Source: an uncultured Planctomycetales bacterium | Lineage (GTDB): Bacteria; Omnitrophota; Gorgyraeia; Zapsychrales; Fredricksoniimonadaceae | Reading direction: 5' to 3' | Length of the DNA stretch: 64,000 nt | Assembly (NCBI GenBank): GCA_964572155.1 | Contig: CAZNDZ010000001.1 | Location: 207,300 to 271,299, forward strand | Shown: positions 41,301-47,988 of the stretch, in pieces | Numbering within the stretch: position 1 is the first letter of the stretch | How the letters are laid out: every line of letters starts with the position of its first letter | Program-made: the position numbers and the translations under genes | The notes under the pieces: generated by a model | What the model saw: only the letters and a program-made list of their open reading frames with translations | Told to the model about the DNA's origin: nothing | Database searches by the model: none

Positions 41301-41842
41301 GCGGGATCTGTCACCGCATTTTGCAGCGCCCCTTGCAGGGCATTTGATAAAAATGTCTCCGTCGTCGAAAGCCCCGCATCTTTCTGCAATTGATTCCAAT
41401 ACCGCGTCAATCCCGGCTGAACCACCGCCACTTGCAACACCAAGCTTGCTGCGGATAAAGCTATCGATGCGGTTCCAACCGTGATCCCTAAACCAGGCAC
41501 CACTTGACTTAATGCAGCTTGACATGGTGTACAAAAAGTAACAATAATAATTACTAACAACAATGACAACAATGCCCCAAAAATACTGTTGTGTTTACAT
41601 TTCTGAAATGCACCGCCCAACTGCGTGCGCATTTGCATTTCACCGTAGCTCGCATAATTCGACGCCAACGATGACGCCGATGTTGTTGCTGCCACTGTCG
41701 TCACATTCTTAATCTGGGAAATACGACCCCAATTAAGCGTGATCGCAAATAAAATGATCGCAATTGAGCTCATGATGATTAACAATACTGAAGCTTGTCC
41801 GTTTTTCTTATGCATGCATCCTCTAATATTTAACCGCGGCAT
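38366..41842 (-). CDS. Giant (1158 aa) TadG/TadE-family pilin-like protein with a Cys-rich ~50-aa repeat array; putative pilus tip adhesin
   Basis: N-terminus ...MHKKNGQASVLLIIMSSIAIILFAITL (TadE/G-like; the real start may be M10 at 41815). The protein has more than 60 Cys. Repeats: CLKWYSDYDSQAGAHYYFKRCQ, CAVNSEYINWLNQSITYFGQTRAQYCG, CLGNTYVTWLQSKITEYGSNTISQIC, CSTPVAYSQWLQDSQASYAGEQTFAQYC, CTAGVNNKGQYQTWLDNTMAAMTG. Confidence 0.6.
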   Translation of the reverse strand: MPRLNIRGCMHKKNGQASVLLIIMSSIAIILFAITLNWGRISQIKNVTTVAATTSASSLASNYASYGEMQMRTQLGGAFQKCKHNSIFGALLSLLLVIIIVTFCTPCQAALSQVVPGLGITVGTASIALSAASLVLQVAVVQPGLTRYWNQLQKDAGLSTTETFLSNALQGALQNAVTDPAQVTDYFDSNSNGRHGFNVDRGKSEDTISRYAFYNTEQLRALRSKRGTVDLSVFTSGLTTLLPKISNPAPDVKSKDPRYNPCCQPLTDPESGKSLRPAANICPDRAQVPAICNNGNVWAFGSTYPLSYDPTRPDYTKFDSFLSKLGIDEEARVGGYPNVFTTNPASPNNTGLFKALWDMQDIRHKPSDADIAATAPSALISDAVDSDPKFFAPANMCANTTAPEDGLNWKPGKEAFCRTPDWPYEECDKYNCAGVNNGDDCCTAAESTSGLWPEDLLDDTIDHLKLFYAWGKAVLATDPAVLSTSLETFYDETPNPPQLSGKDWVGPVCDGNNDAVCGNGYSDGADGGALYTLHRRLKTWGETHLRPWLDKDHSSDTAWCVPTNQGGLSTLEQNTIAAGNVWGTLPTVVQCLKWYSDYDSQAGAHYYFKRCQDKIEGIKNSGTLVAKFQTCKTDYDKAIQAQTFDTCQTAVNATLAKAQASDQYRGCLARIDTLKAAGPGYCAGNPTAPPSPDCDSFALTAPSPAKPDIYDGCAVNSEYINWLNQSITYFGQTRAQYCGAPTKPTACTVLANTTGEPSFTNANVCLGNTYVTWLQSKITEYGSNTISQICANGPIASCQNLPASAIVPMPDDCSTPVAYSQWLQDSQASYAGEQTFAQYCATNPNRPPSPECDQATTLPRSVYGNYTGPYDVCTAGVNNKGQYQTWLDNTMAAMTGPGGQQEKFRNRYNYLSPILANVSSATEAVEEFTDDLKTFIDGPAQALVAARTAQNAAQINSIPNSIIYGWRDPDPPVGKGRTEGYWHVVQVSASAPGTLPSIGTKRKGFLGMTRCYFLRNYDGMARVNVVRWDEDHDTASFANKMPIWKVSFRKPGTEDAQNPSIPCTGGANSWNKIGLSANPDTFTQLSSVWGVETSNLTKPLLQGAFMISGEPPLNGAGRACYDHVMFNLLPKGVTTSVCARYGRDNNSGGLGVHFEKCP
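39150..40075 (-). repeat. Array of about 5 Cys-bounded 'C..Y..WL......(Y/F)G......(Y)C' repeats (aa ~591-896) in the 1158-aa protein
   Basis: Residue positions counted in the ORF translation: aa 591-612, 713-739, 765-790, 813-840, 872-896. The period is ~50 aa. Confidence 0.55.
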
Positions 41843-42050
41843 TCACGCGCTTTGTTCGATAAAATTCTGGTTGTAACTGCTGACGTACGTCTGTCCCATT
41901 TGTCATCGTGCTCTCATTTTCATAACGGCGTTCCGCTAAATCCATCCCCGCCCAGCGAAAAATCCGAATCATCCCTAAAGCTAATAAACAAATGGCAATC
42001 ATCACAAAGGTCATCTCAATCGTTGATTGGGCCCTTACCTTTCGGGTCAT
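41823..42050 (-). CDS. TadE-like small pilin-like protein (75 aa)
   Basis: KVRAQSTIEMTFVMIAICLLALGMI class-III SP-like N-terminus. Sits between the two large pilin-like genes and overlaps both ends. Confidence 0.5.
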   Translation of the reverse strand: MTRKVRAQSTIEMTFVMIAICLLALGMIRIFRWAGMDLAERRYENESTMTNGTDVRQQLQPEFYRTKRVNAAVKY

Positions 42051-43402
42051 GGTAATTTTCCTTTAGTGTCCGTCAGCCACGCATGCCCTGTTTTGTCTAA
42101 AACGCGTGTACGTATATACAGCATTTTAGAATCTGTGTCGAAACAGGTTAACTTAATATTATCTCCTGAGAAACACGATGACCCTCCCAATATACCCCCG
42201 CCGCCACATGCTTCCACAGGATTTTCTGTATTGTCAGGTAAGGTTGCCCTGGGCACGCCATTAACACAAAAACGTTGTGTGTCTCTGGTTAACTGAAACA
42301 TGCGTTGAACCAGTTCCACTTGATTTTTAACACCCGTGCTGCGCGCATATTGTCCGTCCTCAGGATTATAAAGTTTTCCTTCTTTAACTTCAAAGTATGT
42401 GCCAGGTTTTGTTTGCGTTAAAATGGACATTTCCCGCTGCAAGCCTGGGGTTCTGCCATTGATATACTCAACACTGCCATCATAATCCCCTTCTTGATTG
42501 TCCATGACCGTTGCTGATGATGCAATGCCATTGGCATCCACGTTATACGCGTAAATCTGTTCATCTTGCCCGTCATTGTCTAAATCAAATGAGGTATTTG
42601 TGCTATTGCCCACATCCACATTTAAATCAATAGCCCTAACTGCTTTCCAGTGCCATGCCATATCCGCACGGGCTAATTTGCCATTGGCAGCAGCCACTTG
42701 AGGATCGTCAGTAAAAATGTCATTGCGGTTTAGGTCATACGCTTCTTTATCTGTTAAAACACCTTGGTCTGCATTGGTCGACTGATTATAAAATAGCGGA
42801 CAGCCGTGCCACGTTTCAACAACTGGATTAACAAGCGGATCGCTGGTTGTTCTTAAACACTGAAATTCCCAACCCTTGTATCGTGTGATGCTAGTGTCGT
42901 CTGGATTGGTTGGCGTGATCGCAACGGGGGTTCCTGAATATGAACGTTGAAATCCCGCCGGCGGATCAAATGTTTTTGGCACCAGCGCCGCCGTGGTTAA
43001 AGGAATATGCACACCATTAACATAAAGATCGGTGGTTGGAAAATTACGTGCGTCAGATAATTCTGAACCTTCGAGGGGGTAATACAATAAATTGGTTAAC
43101 ATGCCGCTGCCCATGGTAAAAAGTTGCGTGCGGTCACTGTTGCCATAGCGGCTAATATCTGGTGAAAGTCTGTCTTCTAAATAAATCACACTACTATTCA
43201 TGCGACCAACGGTTCTGGTCAAAGAGTCATTATACGATTGCAAGAGCGCCATGCGCATGGCTTTTAATTGCACATTTTGTTGCTGGCTTGCAGACACACT
43301 GTTGCGGACAATGCCGCCGATCAAAAACACTAAGACAGCACCGAATACAGCTAATTCCGTCGCTGCTTGTGCTTTTTTATGCTTATTGAGAAACAAAAAC
43401 AT
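42047..43402 (-). CDS. TadG/TadE-like large pilin-like protein (~451-463 aa)
   Basis: ...MFLFLNKHKKAQAATELAVFGAVLVFLIGGIV... N-terminus. The track start is 43438; the internal ATG 43402 is preferred because it reduces overlap with the upstream pilin gene. The remainder is hydrophilic and Asp/Asn-rich. Confidence 0.55.
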   Translation of the reverse strand: MFLFLNKHKKAQAATELAVFGAVLVFLIGGIVRNSVSASQQQNVQLKAMRMALLQSYNDSLTRTVGRMNSSVIYLEDRLSPDISRYGNSDRTQLFTMGSGMLTNLLYYPLEGSELSDARNFPTTDLYVNGVHIPLTTAALVPKTFDPPAGFQRSYSGTPVAITPTNPDDTSITRYKGWEFQCLRTTSDPLVNPVVETWHGCPLFYNQSTNADQGVLTDKEAYDLNRNDIFTDDPQVAAANGKLARADMAWHWKAVRAIDLNVDVGNSTNTSFDLDNDGQDEQIYAYNVDANGIASSATVMDNQEGDYDGSVEYINGRTPGLQREMSILTQTKPGTYFEVKEGKLYNPEDGQYARSTGVKNQVELVQRMFQLTRDTQRFCVNGVPRATLPDNTENPVEACGGGGILGGSSCFSGDNIKLTCFDTDSKMLYIRTRVLDKTGHAWLTDTKGKLP

Positions 43403-43709
43403 TCCCACTCTTGCTCTCCGAGGATGACGATGAATCAATGCGATTCGTAAAATATTCTGTCTGCCCTGTTTGTGGATTTAACAACGGAACCGCCTGGACC
43501 ATGGTTTGAGATTGCGCCTGTGATGAATACCTGACGACGGAATTAACTTTCGATGGATCATACTGATCACCAAAATCATCGACGCTTTGCTTCCACCGCC
43601 CCTGAAATCCGCGCTTGATATACGTATTCATGGCCAGAAGCGCGAAAATAACAATCATCGCCAACACAATAAACTCAACCATCGATTGTCCATTATGTTT
43701 AAGTTTCAT
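43383..43709 (-). CDS. Flp-family pilin-like protein 8 (108 aa)
   Basis: MKLKHNGQSMVEFIVLAMIVIFALLAM: G/xxxxEF motif plus a hydrophobic helix. Confidence 0.6.
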   Translation of the reverse strand: MKLKHNGQSMVEFIVLAMIVIFALLAMNTYIKRGFQGRWKQSVDDFGDQYDPSKVNSVVRYSSQAQSQTMVQAVPLLNPQTGQTEYFTNRIDSSSSSESKSGNVFVSQ

Positions 43710-43712
43710 AAC

Positions 43713-44033
43713 TTAATTAATCCCTGCGTTTGTGACTGTATTTGTAAATGTTTGTGACGTTTCACTAACAATGGTTTGTATCCCCGCCGCTGTTTCATAA
43801 ATTTCTTTATTACTGCCCATTGAAACCATGGAATTTGACGTATCTAAATGCGATGATCCCGCACTATAATCTTGCTCAGAATTTTCTTGTGCTGCTAATT
43901 GGTCTGCCGTTGCCTTAATAATGCTTTGCGTTCCACGTTTAAAAGAGGGCGCCATAAAATACACCGCTGTCATCACCACGCCGACGATGATAATATATTC
44001 AACCAAAGATTGTCCCTGCGCATTATATTTCAT
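43713..44033 (-). CDS. Flp-family pilin-like protein 7 (106 aa)
   Basis: MKYNAQGQSLVEYIIIVGVVMTAVYF. Confidence 0.6.
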   Translation of the reverse strand: MKYNAQGQSLVEYIIIVGVVMTAVYFMAPSFKRGTQSIIKATADQLAAQENSEQDYSAGSSHLDTSNSMVSMGSNKEIYETAAGIQTIVSETSQTFTNTVTNAGIN

Positions 44034-44440
44034 TTAGCAGCCTCTGCTGGTGGCAACTGCGCACTGTCCGACCCTATTTGAGTGCTTTGTGCAAAATATT
44101 TTCCCCATCGCCCGTTTTCATCAAGAACCTTTTTATCCACACTATCGCGTCGCACCTCTGCTTCTGACTGGCCATAATATGGCTCATACTCATACGCTAT
44201 TTTTTGCGTTGCTGGATCAACCTTGGCTGCTCCTAAACAATCAACGCCACCGGCCGTTGCCTGCGTGCAGGCTTGGGTCGCCATATCAACCATATAAATT
44301 TTTCCATCACGATGCCTTGCTTGAAGGCCGCGCTGCACATAAAGTGTCATGGCTGAAATGCCTGCCACCACTACAAAAAACAAAAGCACGTATTCGCTGG
44401 TAACCATCTGCCCTTTGCGTGCGTGCTTGAGTTTCATCAT
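44030..44440 (-). CDS. Flp-family pilin-like protein 6 (136 aa)
   Basis: MMKLKHARKGQMVTSEYVLLFFVVVAGISAM; the C-terminal part contains 3 Cys. Confidence 0.55.
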   Translation of the reverse strand: MMKLKHARKGQMVTSEYVLLFFVVVAGISAMTLYVQRGLQARHRDGKIYMVDMATQACTQATAGGVDCLGAAKVDPATQKIAYEYEPYYGQSEAEVRRDSVDKKVLDENGRWGKYFAQSTQIGSDSAQLPPAEAAK

Positions 44441-44543
44441 ATCATCTCTAAATTTGCTTGAATATTATAAGCCCTAAAGGGGGGATATCGCTATCCCCCC
44501 TTATAAGACTTAAGACACCTCTTAACAAAAACACCTTAAGAGA

Positions 44544-44876
44544 CTATTCCCACTTCTCTCTGGAGGTATTAATGATTTGCGATGTTTCTGTTGTTAGATT
44601 GCTTTCAGTACCATTAATTACCGTCTTTGAAACACCTTGACCAGCGGCGCCACCAAATGTTTCGATGGTGTTGCTGTGCGTTGATGTTATTTTAACGGCC
44701 TTGGTATTGTCTGGTGAATATTGATCACCGATATCATCCGCAGATGACTTGACCTTACCTTGGATACCACGTTTGAGGTATGTTTGCACCGCGAGCAATG
44801 CGCCGATGATGATGATGATCAAAATCGCGTATTCAAGCGTGCTTTGAGCTTTCTTATTATTAAAGTGTTTAAACAT
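44544..44876 (-). CDS. Flp-family pilin-like protein 5 (110 aa)
   Basis: MFKHFNNKKAQSTLEYAILIIIIIGALLAV. A strong SD (AAGGAGGAG) precedes the ATG. Confidence 0.65.
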   Translation of the reverse strand: MFKHFNNKKAQSTLEYAILIIIIIGALLAVQTYLKRGIQGKVKSSADDIGDQYSPDNTKAVKITSTHSNTIETFGGAAGQGVSKTVINGTESNLTTETSQIINTSREKWE

Positions 44877-44893
44877 TACAACTCCTCCTTGTA

Positions 44894-45262
44894 TTAGAGC
44901 CCAGTTGGCATGTCGCCTGTACCAGCTGTAACATTATTTGAATATGTGGTTGATTGTTCACCTTGTTTTAAACGAGAATTTGCACTATCAGCTGCAACAA
45001 CACCTTCATCTAATATCTTTTTCTCTGTAGAATCTTTTTGAACAGAATAATTAGATTGTTGGTAATAAGGTTCATATTGCACTGATTTTCCTAATTGGCC
45101 TGTTGAATTAGCCATATAGGTACTGGCGTCACGCACACGGGCTTGCAATGCACGTTGTGCATATTGTTGCATCGCCACGATACCTGCCACAACCAAGGCG
45201 ATTAACAACGCATATTCTGCGGTGTTTTGAGCTTTCTTATTCTTTAATAAATGCTTAAACAT
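44894..45262 (-). CDS. Flp-family pilin-like protein 4 (122 aa)
   Basis: MFKHLLKNKKAQNTAEYALLIALVVAGIVAM; SD AAGGAGGAAATA upstream. Confidence 0.65.
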   Translation of the reverse strand: MFKHLLKNKKAQNTAEYALLIALVVAGIVAMQQYAQRALQARVRDASTYMANSTGQLGKSVQYEPYYQQSNYSVQKDSTEKKILDEGVVAADSANSRLKQGEQSTTYSNNVTAGTGDMPTGL

Positions 45263-45285
45263 ATATTTCCTCCTTATATGGGAAA

Positions 45286-45588
45286 TTAACCTTCACAATT
45301 ATTAGTTGCTGGATTGAATCTTTGATTTCCAGTACACAAACCTTGATTGGCTTGATTGCCAAAAATATTTGTATTAACTGTTGTTGTTGTAAATGTATCT
45401 TGTGCCGTAACCAATTTACCTGCCATGCTGTTAGCTTGTTGGGTTACTTGATCCATAGACGCATTCATTCTTTGCTTGAATGGGCTCGCATCTGAAACTA
45501 AGAAGGCGATTAAGATGACAATCACCCCTGTGACCAAGACGATATATTCTACCGTGCTCTGGCCTTTTTGACGATTTCTTAAAAACAT
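45286..45588 (-). CDS. Flp-family pilin-like protein 3 (100 aa)
   Basis: MFLRNRQKGQSTVEYIVLVTGVIVILIAFLV; SD AGGAGGAACA upstream; 2 Cys near the C-terminus. Confidence 0.65.
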   Translation of the reverse strand: MFLRNRQKGQSTVEYIVLVTGVIVILIAFLVSDASPFKQRMNASMDQVTQQANSMAGKLVTAQDTFTTTTVNTNIFGNQANQGLCTGNQRFNPATNNCEG

Positions 45589-45621
45589 ATGTTCCTCCTG
45601 AAAGTAAGTGGGTTGCTTTGT

Positions 45622-45813
45622 TTAAGGCGTGTTGGCCAAACGCGCTGCCGCGTTGGTCATGCTCACGCTTAATGTGTCCATCGTATTCGTCATCCGACGC
45701 TGAAACAGTGAACCATTCGTTGCCATATAGGCAATTGCCACCATCACAACAGCCGTGACGAGGATAATATACTCGACAGTACTTTGAGCTTTATCCTTTG
45801 ATGGCTTAAACAT
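45622..45813 (-). CDS. flp: Flp pilin (63 aa), candidate major pilin
   Basis: MFKPSKDKAQSTVEYIILVTAVVMVAIAYMA: canonical Flp size and motif. Strong SD AAAGGAGAGGGG upstream. Confidence 0.7.
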   Translation of the reverse strand: MFKPSKDKAQSTVEYIILVTAVVMVAIAYMATNGSLFQRRMTNTMDTLSVSMTNAAARLANTP

Positions 45814-45845
45814 GTGCTCCCCTCTCCTTTTAAGTTTATTAAATA

Positions 45846-45995
45846 TTAATTGGCGAATTCTTGTGTGACAGCTTTTTGGGTCGCTTGCGCGGAACGAAAT
45901 ACATAGGTACTCATCGCTGCAACAGCAGCGGTGATAACAGCCACGACAATGGCATATTCGATCAGGTTTTGTCCACTGGACTTGTGTAGTTGCAT
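45846..45995 (-). CDS. flp: Flp pilin (~49 aa from the internal ATG; 68 aa if from the track start 46052), candidate major pilin
   Basis: MQLHKSSGQNLIEYAIVVAVITAAVAAMSTYVF... An AAAGG lies ~11 nt upstream of ATG 45995. First gene of the pilin run. Confidence 0.6.
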   Translation of the reverse strand: MQLHKSSGQNLIEYAIVVAVITAAVAAMSTYVFRSAQATQKAVTQEFAN

Positions 45996-46120
45996 CGTCG
46001 TGTGACCTTTGTATTTGTTAATGCTGTCCTGGCCCTTAGTTTGTCCCAACAACTCAAACTAATCAAGAACTCTTGGTCGCGGGCCTTCATTTATATTAAA
46101 TCCCCATAGGGGATAGAATT

Positions 46121-46133
46121 CATACCAATGGTA
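46121..46133. promoter_or_regulatory. 13-bp palindrome ATACCA-A-TGGTAT in the leader/promoter region of the pilin gene run
   Basis: Read directly. Lies in the 46053-46159 AT-rich spacer upstream of the first flp gene; a possible operator. Confidence 0.25.
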
Positions 46134-46159
46134 TAGTATGGCATATTATATATAGAGCG

Positions 46160-47641
46160 TCAACCTAGACGCGCCCATATTTTTCGGCCATGTTGGTCAA
46201 TAATATCTAAATTATTTAAAAGCCTGCATGAATGCTCAATCGAATCAAAATCTTTATAACCTTCTGTTCTATCTATGGTTACAACATTTAAACGGGCATT
46301 AAATTGCCTGCGTGTGCGAAGCGCGTTGGCACTATCATCAAATACGCCGAAAAGATGTGCCGCATAGTCTGTTTTTAAGTTGTTTAAAGTCGCATTATCA
46401 GCTTTTTTATCTTCTGGCGCGCTATCTAACGTAAAGGTATGCACATAGCTTAAAACGATGTCTTGATCTGAAGTTGCATTTGCAATATTAGTAATCAAGA
46501 CCCGTTCTGGTTTTCCTTCACTGGACAAAATTACAAAGCCGCGATAGGACTCATCTGCCAAAATAATGTCACGGCTTACAAATTTGACAGGTTGATGCAA
46601 AACATAGGTGTTGACCATTTGGATTGGACTTAAATCACCCGCCATCAAAGAAGCCATGTCTTTATTGGCGACATCTATACCTATAATAAATTGACGCTTT
46701 ACATGCGCAATTGGCGCAAAATCAATCAATACATCTTGATTGGAATCAACAAGCGCAATGCGACTGATTTGCTTTGACGGGTCATTGCTCATAGCTCTTA
46801 AAAAATCGTAAACAGCAGCGTCGAGAAAATCACTTTTAATGTTTTTAATAATCAGTGGTCGGATATTATTAAGCAACGTATCTGCCATCCGCAGCGTCGC
46901 GGTCTCTATTGGCGTTAGTCGCAGGGGCTCACAAAAATTGCGAGCAATATCGTGATGACGCGCATCAATGAAAAAATGACTGTCGTCGCCAAGTTCCACT
47001 TTAAGACAAGCCACGCCAATTTGCCGATACGCCGCTTCCTTGGCAAGGGTTGCTGCATCAACGTTTTCTAAATCGTCGACGGATTTCACACTACCCCATG
47101 GACTTGGAAATAAATCGTTGAACGCTGCTTGGATAAAGAAATCTTTAGCTGTTGCAACATCCGCCCCATCTTCAAGCGGTGGTAAGGTATTGATCGTCGG
47201 TAAATCTGCTTCTCGCGGCGGATCTTGAAATAGTGGGATCATTGGTTCGACACGTAAAGTTAACGGCTCGTCCTGTTGTGCGTCTTCTTTGATGTCGTCT
47301 TGTGAAGACATGATAGGCAAATCTTCAGACGCCATTAATGGCGTCTCTACGGATAATTGTGGAACCGTGGGAATGTTGGCAATGATGGCGGGGGGCAAAC
47401 TGGCAATCAATTGCGCTTTTTTATCGTCGGGGATCTGAAATTTATTTTTAAACTTTCGACCACGCGGACTTACAATGTTAGCTTCTTTAAGCACTTCGTG
47501 CACGGAAGACTTGGATACAACCCGACCAAATTGTTTATCAACTAATTCAACCAACTCTCGACAAGAAAGATTGGCAGATTGTTTTTTCTGGTCCAAGATA
47601 AAAGCAACCACGTCATCCGTTAATTTATACGTTACACCCAT
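46160..47641 (-). CDS. Hypothetical 493-aa protein with an N-terminal HTH-like segment, embedded in the Tad locus
   Basis: MGVTYKLTDDVVAFILDQKKQSANLSCRELVELVDKQFGRVVSKSSVHEVLKEANIV (helix-turn-helix-like), a Pro/Asp-rich linker, then a ~330-aa domain I could not assign. Confidence 0.5.
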   Translation of the reverse strand: MGVTYKLTDDVVAFILDQKKQSANLSCRELVELVDKQFGRVVSKSSVHEVLKEANIVSPRGRKFKNKFQIPDDKKAQLIASLPPAIIANIPTVPQLSVETPLMASEDLPIMSSQDDIKEDAQQDEPLTLRVEPMIPLFQDPPREADLPTINTLPPLEDGADVATAKDFFIQAAFNDLFPSPWGSVKSVDDLENVDAATLAKEAAYRQIGVACLKVELGDDSHFFIDARHHDIARNFCEPLRLTPIETATLRMADTLLNNIRPLIIKNIKSDFLDAAVYDFLRAMSNDPSKQISRIALVDSNQDVLIDFAPIAHVKRQFIIGIDVANKDMASLMAGDLSPIQMVNTYVLHQPVKFVSRDIILADESYRGFVILSSEGKPERVLITNIANATSDQDIVLSYVHTFTLDSAPEDKKADNATLNNLKTDYAAHLFGVFDDSANALRTRRQFNARLNVVTIDRTEGYKDFDSIEHSCRLLNNLDIIDQHGRKIWARLG

Positions 47642-47644
47642 ATA

Positions 47645-47986
47645 TTATGTGATCGTCAGTTCATCCCCTTGTTGAGTTTGCGTCTGATCAATTTTACCAG
47701 CAGGTAATTCAATCGCGCAACAAGAATTAAAGAACAGGGGAGACAAATGATATGGCTTTAATTGACGGCACAAACCAACAACACGATTTTTCTGATCTAG
47801 AAAAATAACATCGATTGCAAAACGCATAAAAAACATGTGCACCGACGAGCAAGGCGTGATCTGTAGGCCTTCTCCATCTGGCAAATAGTTTTCCCCAAGC
47901 AAACCCTTCATGCGTAGTTTGGCTGTGTCCGCAACTCTCAGGCGTGTCGCTAAGATGCTGTTGCGGGTTTTGTTGGTTAGCGTCAT
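47645..47986 (-). CDS. DUF192 (COG1430) family protein, frequently associated with tad loci
   Basis: ...RLRVADTAKLRMKGLLGENYLPDGEGLQITPCSSVHMFFMRFAIDVIFLDQKNRVVGL...CCAIELPAG matches the DUF192 pattern (A...RxxGLMgr...gmlf...vhmf.m.f.lDiifld). Confidence 0.55.
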   Translation of the reverse strand: MTLTNKTRNSILATRLRVADTAKLRMKGLLGENYLPDGEGLQITPCSSVHMFFMRFAIDVIFLDQKNRVVGLCRQLKPYHLSPLFFNSCCAIELPAGKIDQTQTQQGDELTIT

Positions 47987-47988
47987 GT

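Noticed and set aside
46121-46133. Palindrome ATACCAATGGTAT as an intrinsic terminator
   Set aside because: No stable GC-rich stem and no T-tract. More plausibly an operator, and reported as such at low confidence.
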